Assembly: GCA_022605425.2 (NCBI GenBank)
Contig: CM061253.1
Location: 248,001 to 312,000, forward strand
Length of the DNA: 64,000 nucleotides
Origin: Hamiltosporidium tvaerminnensis FI-OER-3-3
Lineage: Eukaryota; Fungi; Microsporidia
Direction: 5' to 3'
Both the position numbers and the translations under genes were made by a program. Positions 11,791 through 27,099 of the stretch are shown in pieces (the first letter of the stretch is position 1; each line of letters begins with the position of its first letter). The notes beneath the pieces are model-generated. The model was not told the DNA's origin and made no database searches. It saw only the letters and a program-made list of their open reading frames with translations.

Positions 11791-12794
11791 TATATACAAA
11801 AAATATTGATTAAAGCAACACATTCGAAAGCCTATACTAATAAAAATGCAGATAAACTTGTGATCATCTCAAGACCAATTTTATTTTATATGTTTTTCTT
11901 ATTAGAAAAACTTTTTTGGCAATAAAAAAATTTTTGATGAGACTATTTGAATAACTAAAAGTCAGTATAATAAGATTAAATATACGATGAAATCGTATAT
12001 TTGAAGTTGCCACGTGCATGATATTATTACAGACTTTACAAAAATGACTTTTTTTCATTAAAATTAATAAGAACATGTATGAGACACTTCAAAAACCACA
12101 TAAAAATACCAATTCACAAATCATCTTAATTATTTTAAAAATTATGAAGAAACTTGATTATACTTTCGGATATATATCGAATTTTTAAACTCAATCATCA
12201 TGTATTTTATTCAGAAAAAGTCTAACTACTTAGACACATTTAAACTCGAATTCTTTAAAAATTATAATTCAACAGAGAGAAATCAAATAGAATTAATTAA
12301 ATTTCATTTTCTATGTGTTCGCGAATTATAATTAAGGAAATTTTTAAGAAATAAAAGTTGCTTCTTCGAGTTTTCTAAAGCACAAATTAATAATTTTAGC
12401 CGATAAAACTATTGATATTTAGTCACTATTTGGGAGCAAAATACATTTTGTTTACAAAAATTTTAGTGAAAATTGTATATAAATATGTAATAAAACTAAA
12501 GAAACTAACAAATATATTAAATTCAGTAAATGAATAATCATTAGCCCTTTATGAAGCATATAAGGTACCAAAAGGAAGCAAAGCCGGAATATATTTGAAG
12601 AAAGATAATCCGACTTACGCTCCTAAGGGTAGCAAAAAAAGTAGATATTAATAATATGTTTAGAAAGAATTAAATTGTGGTTTTATAAAATTCTATAATA
12701 CATTTTGGAGGACCTGGATACATTTGAAAAAAAAGACCAGATACCGATCCACTATGCCTATAAATTGATTAAAACATTATCTTTACATGTTCTC

Positions 12795-13190
12795 TTTTAC
12801 TTCTTGGTGTTGAGGCTGAAAGAATGAAGCGTCAATATATTCCGTCGCCTAAAAATGTCTTAAATTTCCTGCAGTTCCTATTTCATGAAAAATTGGGTCA
12901 GAAGAGTCTAAGAAGTTTAAGTTTTTCAGGGATCATTCATTTTTTCTTTAAACTTTCTGCTTTTACGCTCTGTAAGAAATTGTTTAAATTCCACGCCACG
13001 CCATAGATTTTTGAGACAGAGTTTTATAAAATTTATTATATTTATAACCTGATAATCAAGAATATAGGGGAGGGATCTTTAGAGTTAACGTCATTTATAA
13101 CTAACCAAAAATATAAAAAAATATTTTACGCGAATCTTAAACATTTATTCCCAAGCAGATGGTTGGAAGTGGGTTTTCTCCTCTTATCCT
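12795..13190 (-). mobile_element. LINE-like 3' fragment, subfamily B
   Basis: Carries the catctgcttgggaat motif (cf. tatctgcttggcaatg in 41.7k/55.2k) and ends aacaccaagaagtaaaaga like the 32.9k and 41.6k copies. Confidence 0.45.
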
Positions 13191-16100
13191 TAAAAGTTTC
13201 ATAGTAGTCTAGATAACTCAGCTTAAAACATCTAGAAAAAACTTTATACTAGTGAAACTGTAAAATGCATATAATTAGCAATGAAGCATAAATTTTATGT
13301 AAAGCTATAGACTGCTAGAAATATGGAGTTCAAAAAAATTTATGAATATTGAAAAGTTTAGAGTGAAAGCCTAATATTACTATTCAGTGGCTTTATTTAC
13401 AACCAAGCTTCAATTTATTTTTATTTAACGTAAAAAATTATAAGCAGGTTGAAACCGATAAAATTGCGGTTCATTTTTGATTTCTTAATCATTAGAAAGG
13501 CTTTGACATGAATTATCGAGCGAACTAACAAATTTACTTCGGTTATTCTTGCCTATCATCGATAAATATGAGTTCATGTCTTAAAACGTGTTAGGATTTT
13601 TACTTTTAAAAATGTACAAGATATCTATAGAAAAGGATTGAACATTAAAATGATGCGGAAATATTGATTATGACCCGTAGACCAATATATTATGCCTAAA
13701 AAGTAAAATAGAACCTTATTTTATAAGTTTGAAATATCTTAAATAAAACGCTTCAAATATTGGAAAGGAAAGAAACCAGGCAATACAATATCTTAGTTTA
13801 TAAAAAGATATTATTTATAGGTTTAATATAGAAATAATTCTTAACGTATAACCTAACCTTGAATTATCTTTACTAACAAATTATATACTTTAAGAAGATT
13901 ATACATCATAAGAGCAAAGGAATATATTCAGTCGAAAGACTCAAAAAAATATTAAAAACTTCCTAGCGAAATAACTGGTTTTAAAAACCAAATCCCGAAA
14001 TAATCGGCGAAAATACATGATACAATACAAATAGCAGAAAAATACGAAAACTAATATATTCCCTATAACTAGCGCCATTTTTATAGATTCATGAAGTAAC
14101 TTTAAACGAATAGATACACAAAAAGTCTGGAAAAAATGGCCGGATTCAAATAAAGGAAATGTCATCTAATATCAGGTCGAATATAAGCACGACCGAAATA
14201 TAAATAATAATGGAGTAGAATAAAGAAAACAAAACGAAAAATCAAAACAACATGGTATTTGGGAAATTTTATGCACTGAACATCCTATTTTTTTATCATT
14301 TCGTATACCTTAACTTTTGCCCAGAGATAAAGATTTGTGATAAACGATTTCATTTTCAGATAAAAAAAGTTGTATCTACATGATAACTAAACAGATAAAA
14401 ACCAAAGAAAAACTTCTAATTTAGAGATACTGATAAAAACTTCGTTAGTTATAAAGAGTTTTGAGATTAAAAGTAATCCTTTTCTGGGAATAGAAAGGAT
14501 TATTTGGGCTGTTTCATGGTCTCTATAAAAATATTTATTGGAAAAATAAATTAAAAACGACAAGAATAGTGGTTTTCGATGATTCTAATCGAAATTTTTA
14601 GGTTCTAGAATATCCTGTATCAGAACCATATGATATTTTTAAGAAATAAAAATTTAAAATTTAATTTATATCAATACATATTAGAAAATGGGTAAAAATA
14701 TCTGTAATTAGAATGTACTTCTTCGATGAGTGTTTATATATTATGCGGAAATTACATTAAGATTGTATTCTCTTCTTGTTTTTCTAATGGATAATTCTAT
14801 TTATAATATAATTAAAACTCTGACTTGTGGAAAATGGATTAAAACGAATAAGCAAATATTTTTATATCATAAAGAATTCACAATATTCTGAGGCTTCTTT
14901 AAAAAAATGTCCTCTATAAGTAAAAATATTTTGTCTGCCTCAAAGACGAGCTGTTAAAGCCGAATTAAAATATTTATTGGTGTACAAACGCCAAAATCCA
15001 TTTTATTTGCCCATATTTCTCCTAAAACCTTTTAAAAGTAAGAAATCGGGCTAATTCTAACATTTTAATCCGAATCACTTCCTCAAAGGCTACGAATATT
15101 TAAAAAAAGATGGAGGTTCATGGAAAAAACAGATCTGTTTCAGATCCAATTACAACATGTTCAAACAAGGATTTGAATTATACTAAAAAGTTAATATTTT
15201 TTATTTACAGGCTGTGAAAAAAGAGTCTTAAATTTTTTTGTTGAACTTAAAAATCTTACTTTAATGTTTTAAGACTTTAAGCATGTAAATAAAGGCAGAG
15301 TTATTGTAATGTTCAGAATGATAGAGCATACCAAGAAAATTAGGTTCATTTTTCAATTTTAATATAAAGAAAAAATAAAATATCTAGAGAAAGGGCTGAT
15401 TCTTTTTTCTTACAGTGATTTGAGAATTCTTGGATTCTTTTCTCTGCCTATTTAGATTTAAATCGGGTATTTTCTGATAGAGCTTCCATGATCAAAATAT
15501 AGTTTTTTGCCCCTCTAAATAACAAGTAACTTAATTCGGTCTTTATAGATAGATAAGAACTTATAAATACTCGTATTTCATGATAATATTTTTATAAAAT
15601 TCTCTAAATCTGTGAAATATAAATTTTAATAAAATATAAAAAATAAAATATATAATAGTAAAAAAGATTTTAGACAATAAAAAATTCGGTAAAAATATGC
15701 AAATCATTCTTTACATGTTGTTCTACCTCTTAATAATAATCTTTTCCTGTTCTAATTCCGACTTTTTTAAAATCTATTTCTGGTTCTCCTATCTGAAAAA
15801 GCAGATATATTATTCTTTTTCGCATTTTGGATCTATTTGCTTAGTAATAGCTTGGGTTTGAGAGGTATTTAAATTCAATATGTTTCGGAATATTTTATAA
15901 CACTTTTTGACGTGATTTTCAAGCACTCTTACCATTTATTTCTTACTCAAGTACTCTTTCTCTATTAAAATTTTCCCCGGACGTCTTCTTAGGCACTATC
16001 AAACCTTTTATTACTAAATTTATTGGCGTTTGCAGTCTGCTAAAATATATCTTATGGTATTTGACTCGTGCCATACTAGGTATTAAAACAGCGTAATATT

Positions 16101-19100
16101 TAAACAGTAATCTTATAAAAAAGACCTATACTATTGGATTATAGGTCATGCTTTTATGGTTTTTAGGTTTATACTATTTGGGGCAATCCTGAGAAAGTAC
16201 TTTAAACCAAAAAATTTTATCACGTTTTATTCATATCTAGAGAAAATATATCAGGTTCATAGCTTACGTTTTAACTTCATTTTGTACCCTGATGTTTACT
16301 TTTGATCTGCACGAACGATTTTTATGCTTTTTTTAAACGAATTAATTCATAATTTTTATTGAGAACTTTACTTTTTATTTTTTTAGAAGTAGTAAATGAC
16401 ACCTTCTTGTTATTTTTTAATGTCATTTGGTGTAGCTATCTGAGCATTTTTTCACTTTTAGTCGGCAATAATCTACATTTGATACTGATTTATCACACCC
16501 TGGCTCTACACTCATGATTTCCATAATTATTTACATTGGAATATATCAGAATAATGCGCCGTCATCTAGCCTAGTATTTTCTACTACAGACACATCGAGA
16601 CGAAAACCACACACGAGCTTATTTGATCGAGGCAATATGAACCCGTTAATAGAACTTTGTTCTACTTTTTTTGATATAGTGTTCTCGTTGAGCCGTTTCT
16701 AAGTTATTTCTTTTGGACTTTTCATTTAACTTTTTTTGCATCTACATTGGTTTGTATTTGAACCATCTATGTTATTTTGAGTATTCGAATTTAATGCTTG
16801 TTGCTCTTCGATCTGCTACTTACTTACTTTCAGACAATTTGAAAGCTTTAAGATAATATGTTAGCTTTGCAACAACCAACATATAAGCCGTTTTTGGGTT
16901 TTTATTATAGTAAGGTTCAGATGCTCTTTACATCCTGACGTAAAGTATTTTTGTTTTACCAACATTCCATCAATGCTTCTTCAAACCCCAAGAAAAGGGG
17001 CTAGTTTAAGTTAATATATATTTGATAATGATGTATATGCGAGCGCCTTTGTATTTATTGTATAAAATAATTGTTTTGAGTTATTCAGTGTGGCAAATTT
17101 TTGAGTCTTTCATAAAATTGTCAGTAGATTTTCGAATGAGCTTTATAAATAATTACCCTTGTCTTCTTCTAATATTATCGGATATTGAAAAAATTTTAAC
17201 AGATCTCTGAAGAGATACAATATACTTACATTTGTATTATTTATGTAAAAACACATTTGGATTATCTATATTAAATAACTTTGACATTTCTATAGCATAT
17301 CCTGGCATAAATCTTAAGTTTCAGCTGTTTATTACAAAGAGGTTTTTGTAAAGTTATACGCTACATAATTGTATATTTTTAGTTTTGATTTAAACTCAAG
17401 AGATTGTTACGCAACCAAACAAAATAGTGAGATTTTCCTAAATAATATCTTGAATTTAATAATGTTGCTTATGGTTTTAGGGCCTCTGAAATAAAACTGC
17501 CTAATTTGCACAGCTGAACCAAAATGAATTTTTGAAATGATAGTGAAAAGTATGATTTTTAAGGCATCATGTCAAACAAGCATAATTATGTGCATGACTG
17601 GCTTTCTGGAAGCAATACACTGTGCTTAATGAATGTTTCTTTTCTCGATCGAGGCACTGCGCTCTTTACTAAGGCTTGGTTTTTAAAACCTTGACAGCTT
17701 CTTACACTCTTAATTGGTTTTCCACCAGTTAATTCCGCCTTTTACTTCAAATTAAACGTCATTATTTCATATTTTTAGAAACTTATGAAGCATAACAAGC
17801 AGTTGATTTGCTTTTCGTAAGAGCCATTGGTTGGCTTTTTTGAACCAAATACCTGGTTTGGCAGATGACCCACTAAGCTTGGGTTTACTTTCTAAACAAA
17901 TAACGTATAAAATATCATAAAAATATTAATAAAAAGTCTTGAGTTTCTTTCTAAAAATGTGATATCATCAATATTTGGCTTCTTTTACAAATTTAGTACG
18001 TTACTTAAAACAAAATGAACAAATATAAAAACCCTTTCGCGAATGATACAAAGTTTCAAAATATCAGGATACGTGAAATTTATGATTTTAGGTATCAAAT
18101 TGCAGATTAAAAACCATATATTTAATCCCCTGATAGCATATGCTTTGATTTAATTGCACAGATTTGCTACAATGCAATCGTTTCTAGCTCCTCATTCAGT
18201 GATTAATCTTTAAGAATTGCAGCCTGATTTTATATAAAATGTTTCCGCCGTATAAATCCAAGAGGCATTTTATAAAAACAAAACCGTAGAATATTCACTT
18301 ATACTCTGAAGTAAAAAGCTAACACTCGCATTACTTTCGCAAAGCTTTATGCTTAAAACAATACGTATTTTTGCAACTGGTCTCTCTATGTAGATCATTT
18401 GAAAGGCCTAATTCGCCGATATTACTCTATATGACTTAACTCCTCTTCCTGTGCGGTTTTAGCCTTCTCTTTTTGCACGGATTATTTAAAGCACACTAAT
18501 TATCTTATGAAATGCGCGCGTTAGTAATTGACTCATGTACAGGAGATTTTATCTAATCAGGAACTAATCGATTGACATGGCAGACTTTTTCGTCAATTTT
18601 ATTCGTATTTTTTCAAATTCGTAATATTGCTTCTCTGGTTTCGTTTTCAAGATTTTGTTGATTTTGCTTTAGTAGTTTTTTTCTTGGCTCAAATAAGGAC
18701 ACTAATGAACAGGTAACATAGTCTATTAAGAAAACGAGATATATGCCACTCTTAACATCTTCTGATTTTACCTCAAATAATGTCTTATTTTATGCAAGCT
18801 TAAAATACTGTTAGGTGATTGTACCTTTGAATTTCATAGTATAATCCTCAAGGCATTAGTTGCATTAAGACATGCCAAAGAACGATGTTATATGCAAATT
18901 AGGATTTCCGGGCGATTTTTAGATATGTTACGGAGTTAATATCGTCTGCAATGATATTAGCCTTTGTCTTTGTAAAAAGCTAGAGTACGGAGATTTAATT
19001 TGTCGTACTTTGTCTCACATGCAAACAATTCAACTGAAAGATAAATAGTGTAATAAGCCAAAGCAAGAGGGCAATCCTAGTGCTCCACGAATTATCACAT

Positions 19101-22100
19101 TTTGGCTTTGTATTGAATGTAATTTTTTGATATAAAAGCCAGAATTTAATCCAAAGAGAATTTTTTGACAATAACGAATCATAGATTCCAGTTTTTTCGC
19201 ATTTTAAGTCTCACCATGGGCGTTGTGTATTATTTTCTGTTATTTGACCAAGATTTTGCATATTAGTCCAATATATGTTGCCATAAAATATAATAAGGGC
19301 TATTTACGACACATACTGTAATTTTCTTTTATAGGTTAGAAATAAATTAAAACTGAGTAAATGTGACTAAAGTATATAAAATACCCATCAAGCTCTCAAA
19401 ATTTCAAAAAAGGTAGTAAAATTCTATAAACGATTTTTATACTAAAAGTACAAAAATGAACAAAACTAAATAATTCTTTGTACTTTTCGGATGTATTTTG
19501 TTGGGCACCAAACCAATTCCGCGATTAATAAGTGTTCAGTATATATTTTAGAAAAACCAAACTGTTGTATCACATTAAGTTGTATGATTTAAAAAAAATA
19601 AAACTCATAGTTTTGTTTTAAGCGGATTAAAAGGACACTGCCTCCACTTGTTTGTACCGGAAATATCATATAAATAGATTGAACTAAAAAACTCTGTTTT
19701 TTAACGCCCCGACAATACTCTTTATACATTTTTATAGTGTAAAACATTTTCAAGTTAGGATATTCACTATTCATTTCAAGAAAGATAAACAATCTCTAGC
19801 TTTTGACTTTTTTAACTAAATTTCTAACTTATTTTAAAAATGTAATTTATATTTTGATTTTTTTAAGAAAATTGTGCAATATTAAAATGTCTTTTGTGAA
19901 GTAAATAATGAAAGCTTTAGTATGAAACTAATGAATTTTAATTGTAAGTTTCATGATAATTCTACTCTCTATTGCTACCTTCTGTTCCTACATTCCGTTT
20001 TTACACCTATCATTTTTGTTATATAAATTCATTATATATATTTTTGTCTGGCCTTAGATTTGCCTCACAATTTTGAAGTTTAATTTCTTTGTTTTTTTGA
20101 TTTTAATCCCGGTACGAGTGAGTTATTATAGTCTTTAGCCTTTGTCACTTCACTGAACCTTGCACCTTTATAGCGAAATTTCAAGAAAATGAAAAAAAGA
20201 TTTATAACTATTTGCTTACTTGGTTCAAATGTAATTTCTAGAGCTTTAACTAGGGTTTAAATAGTTAAAATTCAAAAACAATTTTTTTTCGAGACAAATC
20301 GACTCATCGGCATTTTTGCTAAAAAACAAAGGTAATCTAATAATTTTTGATTATAAATAGAAGATTTGTTACAATTCAAAATAAAATTAATGAAACTACT
20401 GGTCATAATATTTTCCTGTTGGAAAATATTGCTACCAATCGATATAAGAATATTGAGAAATACATGATTCTTACATATAAACAAATTAAATAAAAGTTGA
20501 TTTTATAAACATTCTAAATAGAAAACCAGTTGAAACTATATTTCGAGCAAGTATTTTCTAAGAACTTTTTTTTTGAAAAAATATGATTACTTATACGAGA
20601 AAAAAGGAACACTAGTATTCTTCTAGATAGTGCAAATAATTATAATATGTAGTGAGGCTCTATTAAGAAAAGAAATCATAGCGTGTTTGAATATTTCAGA
20701 ATTGAATATTTCTAGCGCACTAGGCAAAAAAACAAACATTATTGATTTTAAAACCGTAAAAATATATGAGAGAAGGTAGTAAAGGTATGTATGTACACAA
20801 AACACAATTCTCCATAACTAATGAAAACCCTATTTACCATAAACGCAAACTTTTCAACAGAAAATGTCTAAGGTATGCCAAATAAAATATTTTGGATATC
20901 GAAAGAGAATATAGCAAAAATTACGAAAAAGAGCATAGTTTTTTATATTAAAGCAAAAAAAGAAAAAATTTAACCTATTTTTAATTTTAGAACCTTTCGT
21001 TTAAAAAATTTATATATGCAAGGTTAACACAGAAAATGTTTTGGATTGTCTCAAACTGTATAAAATACTTAAAAAAACATCTTCCAGAGGTAAGAATTTT
21101 ATCAAACGGTTTACATATTTTTTATAAATATCAAAAAAATTTCTATCATTGAAATCTTTAGAGCAGCCGTTTTTTTATAAGGAAAAACCTTTAAAAAAAC
21201 TCATATATTCAGAATATACGATAAGAATTGGTTTTCAAGCAAGAAATTATCTTAATTTTAATTTTTCTGCTTGGATCTTTGTTATTATAACCCAGCATTA
21301 TACACGAACCTAAAAAAGAAAATATATAAAGATTACATAATTATATAGTCAGATTCAACATAAAAGAAGGTAAGCTGTTCTGTCGAAATACCATATAGAA
21401 AAAAAAATATTCATCAATGTCGCTTTATATAGCACTTGTGAAAATTTTGTTCTAAGTTTTTTATAGAACTAGGACCGCTCTCTTTTGAATTTCATCTACA
21501 TTTTTAAGATTTCAAACAAAAGAATATATGAAAATTTAAGATGCTATTCTTTACGGTTTAAGCCTTTTTCTTCTGAAATTCCTATTAGGTCTCACGCAGC
21601 AGGCTATTTTAATCTCTGAAAGAGAATTAAGACATCACGGGAAACTCAAATCTGTTTCTGAGCCATCTAAATCAACAATGAGAAAACAACTTCTTTCGAG
21701 AGAAAGTGAATAAGATCTATGTAAATATACAACAGTATAGCTATACATCTAGGCAATAACTTACGCAAATGTACATCAAAAAAGCAATTAAACATAAAAA
21801 GGAATTTCAAATTTAATAAGCATCAAACTAATATAACAATATTTAATTTATTTTTAATATTCTAATATTCCATTGTAAAATTTTTTTGTTTATTTTAAAA
21901 TATTGTACGCGTGTAAAAGTAAAAAATTTTTTATTCTTTTTTTACTAATATTTGATATCAAAAAAAATTACAGGTCAAAATTAACATTTTAAGGAAACAA
22001 TAGTATTGTGAGGTGTTAGTTATTTAAATGAATTTGCATGCTTATCTGTATGTATAGCATTTTAAGAACAAAGGTTGAGCGAGAGAAATCTAATAGACGT

Positions 22101-23719
22101 TTAGCGATGCTATAAAAGAGATTTCCTGTTCTTTATTTATAGGAATTGATATGATGAGATAGAGTTTTGGAAGAAAATAATAGAATAGATATTAGAAAGC
22201 TAACTTATAGAGTAAAAGATAATTTACACTGATATCTAATAATTGAGATATATAAAAAGAGATTATTTCTAATACAGAAATTACCCCAGTTACGCGCTCC
22301 TTAGATTTCCTTCCTAGACATATAAAATAAAAATATATTAAAAATATTAAAATTGTGGTTTCCTCAAAATTTTTTTTAATTTGATAAATTATTTTTTATA
22401 TATTTTTTGCATATGGAAGCGTTGGTAGCATTGAAAATTTAAAAATAAAATGAATATTTAAAATTAAAGAAAAATACTTTTTTTTGTAATATCACTATTT
22501 ATATGGATAAACATTCTAATTTTTTTGGCTCAATTTTTATCTTTCTTTAAAAGTTTTAAATTTTATGAAAGGAGTTATTTCCATATTGCAAAGTAAATGA
22601 TATTAAGTATAGATTATTTAGCAGCTTAAAACTCAAAATAAAGTTTAATCTATACGATTAATAAGAGAATTTAATGGTAAGCTACAAAACGCCAATTAGC
22701 ATATAATTTTTACCCTAGGACTTAATAAGATGTACAAAGCGATTTAAAAACCTAAGTACACAATTAATCAAAGCATTTTTTTATGCCTCTTTCTATTAGA
22801 TAATATGGTATCGAATTATTCTTATTGACTAATATGTTTGCTTTCGAATCAACTTTAACAAATGCTTATCTTACATATTTTATATATATACAGTTTCTTG
22901 CAGATTTTCGAAAGTGACACGTTGACTATTAAGCAAATTCATGTGTGATGCAGGACAACAATGTCAAGAGTATTTTATATCCTTTACAATCATCAGACTT
23001 TTAGTAAAAATTTTTATAATTTTACGATTTGAATTATAAAATTTAAACTTACCTAGTTAAAATATATAATGCATTCGTAAAAAGAGTATAGGTTTTTTAT
23101 ATTACTACCGAGCTATATATTCTTTTGTTTTTTAAAAAGATTTATGATATTCATAATAGAAAACTTAAATACCTGGTGAAAAGATTTCAATACATCTCTT
23201 AATTACAAAGAGTAATTCTAAAAGATCATAAAATTATATTTATAATATCTACCTGAACGCATATATTTTACGTAAAATACAATAGTATTCTCGACCCAAT
23301 AAAATCGATTAAAACCAAAAAAAATAGAAACTTAGAGAAATGTTTTAAATAGGTTTTTTGATTCTTGTGTTAATACAAATTATGTAAAAAAAGTACCAAA
23401 AAGGTCGAAAGCTTTAACCTTGGTTTTCCTCGATGATTTTTCGTTTTAAACGGCGCCTAAAGTGATAAAATTTCATCATATAGATGCTCAACGCTAGATT
23501 CGTTTCTCATCTAATAATTATCAACGACTATAAATTAAAACAACTCCTTAAAAAACATTTTATCAAATTGTAAATAGAATAAAAATGAAATAATTATAAG
23601 TAATAGATATAATGCAAGTACATAGAGTAGTAGAGTTTTTCAAAAGGGCAGTTATTCTCATGGGAGAATAACTTGACTTTTGGTACGAAAGGTACATTAA
23701 AATTATATTTATATTAAAT

Positions 23720-26100
23720 ATTATTTAAAATAATAAAAGTTGTGGTTTTGTTTAAAAAAAATTAGATCCTAGCAATTTTTATTTAAACGTCCGAATATTA
23801 GACTGAATAAATATATACCATTAATTCTCATTATAAGTATCGTTTTAAATATGAAAATGTTCAAATTTAACTTCTTAGGTATTGTTTATTATCCAGGCTA
23901 TTCCTTAAAAGAAGCTCTTTGGAATAATGTATGCAATATACATCTAGTTCAGTACCGTAATTTATAATATTTATTCTTAATGGCACCACTTTTTATGATT
24001 TTGTAAAATATTTGCTTATAAACCGAATATCCGCCTGTAGAAAATATTTTATGTTTATCATAATATAAACAGTATATCTTTTGTGTATTTGGTTTCTTGT
24101 GTATTTTCTATGAAAATATCGTTCCAAAAACATCTTTATTTGAATCCTGAATTCGAAACAAAAAAACCATTAAACAGAATTTAAGCGATTAGGGTATACG
24201 GGATATTTCTATTTATTCTACTCCGGAGATTTCGTTGCGTTATGCAAGATCTTTACGAACTTTCAAAAACTGTTTTCTAATAAAAACAAAATTCGTATTT
24301 TTACCAGAATTTTTAGTATCTTCTGTTAGGAAGTGATTTTTATGACGAAAAATAAGAAAAAAATTTCTCTGTTTTTTTAAGATTTCCTATTTGACTTTTA
24401 TCAATCTATATACGACAGTATAGTCTTTAACTGAAAAAAATTCCATGGTTTGATTTAACGGATATTCTAGCAACTTGTTTTTCGATTTTAGATCTAATTT
24501 GAGACAAATAAATTGGCTTTTAAAAAGTTAAATTGCAACGAAAAAAAATAAAATACTTGATTTTTTTGCCTTCGGTATTTAAATATTAAGCTTGGGATTT
24601 AGTGTTCTCAAAATATCAAAATGCGACACATCCGATGAACAATATATCTACTTTATCTATAGGAAAAACTTTCCGAGAATTATCGCTTCAGTACAAATCA
24701 GCTGTATATTCTAGGTTATATTGAAATTGGTTTTTATTTTGTATTTGTTCTTTAAAATTTTCCGTTTTATTATCAATTTTGATATAATTTTAGGATAAAA
24801 GAGCAAATAATATTGGAGAATGGGTTTGTACAAAACACAAAAAAAGGATACACTGAGTATAAATAGCGTGGTTAATATTTTAGATTAACAATAAATATAC
24901 AAAATTCCTATTTTTTTTATATGCTGTAATTTAATGTTGGTCAATTTAATATGTTTAAAATTTTGTTTCGTAATTATTTTTCCAAGTTCTTAACAATAAG
25001 GACAAAAATACTTATTATTAGACATCAGTATTTCAGGAAGGAATTTTTCATCCTGAGAATTTCATTTTTCTTACCTTTTTAAACTAATCTTGCTATTGGT
25101 AATAAATTTTTTTCATATTCGTCCCAACAGCAATAACAATATTTTTAAAAGCTTCCTCTGATTCCTGTACTTTTAACAGTGGTTTAAAAAACATCCACAT
25201 GTTTATCACGCTAAAATTATTTCGATATGCTCTATACATTTAAGGTAGCAAAAATATCCAAGGACACAAATTAAATTATTTCAAGCCGAAATCTTTTTTT
25301 TTATAATATATTTTTATTATTTTTAAATAGTTACCTCTATATATTCATGAATCATTTGTTGCGGGGTCTAACCAGAAATATAGATATATTCCTTGACTCA
25401 CTAATGTATCGAAAGTATAAATAATTATTAAAATAGTAGATTTTTAAATATTTGTTTTATTTGAAATGAGTATTGAATATGCTTTCAAAAATGAATTTTA
25501 GAAAAATTGTCACTTATTTACGTGTTTTTATTGCTTTTATTCATAGAACCATGTATTCTATTTTCGGTCAACGGTGTCATATGTCTTTGGACTAATTTAT
25601 TTCTTTAAGTTCGTATGATAGATTATAAATCATTTAAAATTGTGTGCGACCATTATTATTAACATATAGTTTTTCTTGGGTTTATTAGCTATCTACTAAG
25701 CTCTCTCGGTACGATTGACAATGTCTACAACATTATTTGCATTCGCCATTTTTATTTCAAAGATATTTCGTGGTTTTGCGAATTTATTTGCTGAGTCTCC
25801 TGACAAAAATACCAACATGCATTTGTTTCGCGCTCTGTATCTATATTCTCATATTCAAGATTAAAAAGTAAATTTTATTTGATTTTTCTTATACCTTTTG
25901 TTTATGTCGGGAACTATCTAATGCATATCATTGAAATATACTTCTTCATCTAAATAAGAAAAACCAAATTATGAAAAAAATATTTTTAACAATAGTTAAT
26001 TTTAAAGATATATTTTAGTGCTGGCAACTGCAACTTTTTAATTCACGAAATTTGTATTACCTATGAATATTGAAAGAATTTTTTTAATAAAAAAAATATG
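23720..26100 (-). pseudogene. Decayed gene-family paralog (homologous to 600-2700 and patchily to 6250-6500)
   Basis: Collinear nucleotide patches with 600-2700, plus catgcatttgtttcgcg (~25816) vs catgtatttctttcgcg (~6457). No intact ORF. Confidence 0.4.
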
Positions 26101-26249
26101 CATCTAATTTGAAATTGTTTATCTGGCTATCTTAAACCAGAATTTTATTAATTAAGAGAGCATTCTAAATACTAGTTTTCTTCGCTTATAAGTAAAATTG
26201 TAAAAACAAATCATCGAAAGTTCAAGAGGCACGGTTTATAGAGTTTAAT

Positions 26250-26770
26250 TATTAGTTTATATATATTTTATGTAAAATAAATATTTGGCTCTAGTTTTTT
26301 TAACGTTTGGTTTTACAGCGTTTTTAATGTGGGTCCATCAACACGAGATTTTTGAATTTCGGCTTTTATAGGGGCTTCCTCCTGCGCATGATGATTTTTT
26401 AAGCGCAACATTGCTAATTGTTTACACAAAAATTACTGGCATTCAATTGTTTCAATATAATATATCACATCATTTTATCTTCTAAGATGTTTTCTTTCCT
26501 CATATTTATGTTTTCGCTCTATGTTCGACTAAGGTAGTTTTTTTATCACATAGAATAATTTTTGACTATAGCAGCTATTCTTGTAGGAAAGTGGTGAAAG
26601 GTAATTTCTCGAAGGAATAAATCTTTTTATAACATATAATTTTGTTTTTGATGGTATGTCTGCATTTAGAACAAGTTTAAAATTTTTTTTAAGAATTTTA
26701 GAACAGCTTGAACCCGATGAAATACCCTTGACAGAAATTAAACTCGTGACACATCAATCATCGCAAAAAA
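26250..26770 (-). mobile_element. IS630/Tc1-like transposase relic
   Basis: Minus strand gives PY.....WTHIKNAV (cf. PPYSPELNPIE..W..IK..V) preceded by an LNAS (DNAS-like) patch. Confidence 0.35.
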
Positions 26771-27099
26771 AAACACTAATAACAATTATTAAATTGAAAT
26801 TATCATTTTTTATATACCAATTATAAATAGCTCATATTTATGGCATCTGCTACATATTAATATGCGTAATTTAAACAAATAGTTCTCCCATAGAAAACGA
26901 TTAAAGGAGTGTTTTGTAGATAATTTATTGTCTATTTCCGAATCATATCTCGTTGTTAGTACATTAAACACACATAATACATTATTATTGAAGTTTCTTG
27001 TAAAGCAACTTTGTTTAAAAAATCTATTCCGGTACGTTTTAATTGCTCTATAATGCATTAAGAGCCCGGTATCTCAATTTCTTTCTAGATCTCACATTA

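Noticed and set aside
18850-19050. Minus-strand NIIADDINS resembling an APE/CCR4 GDFNS motif
   Set aside because: A single weak motif with no other supporting endonuclease motifs in order.
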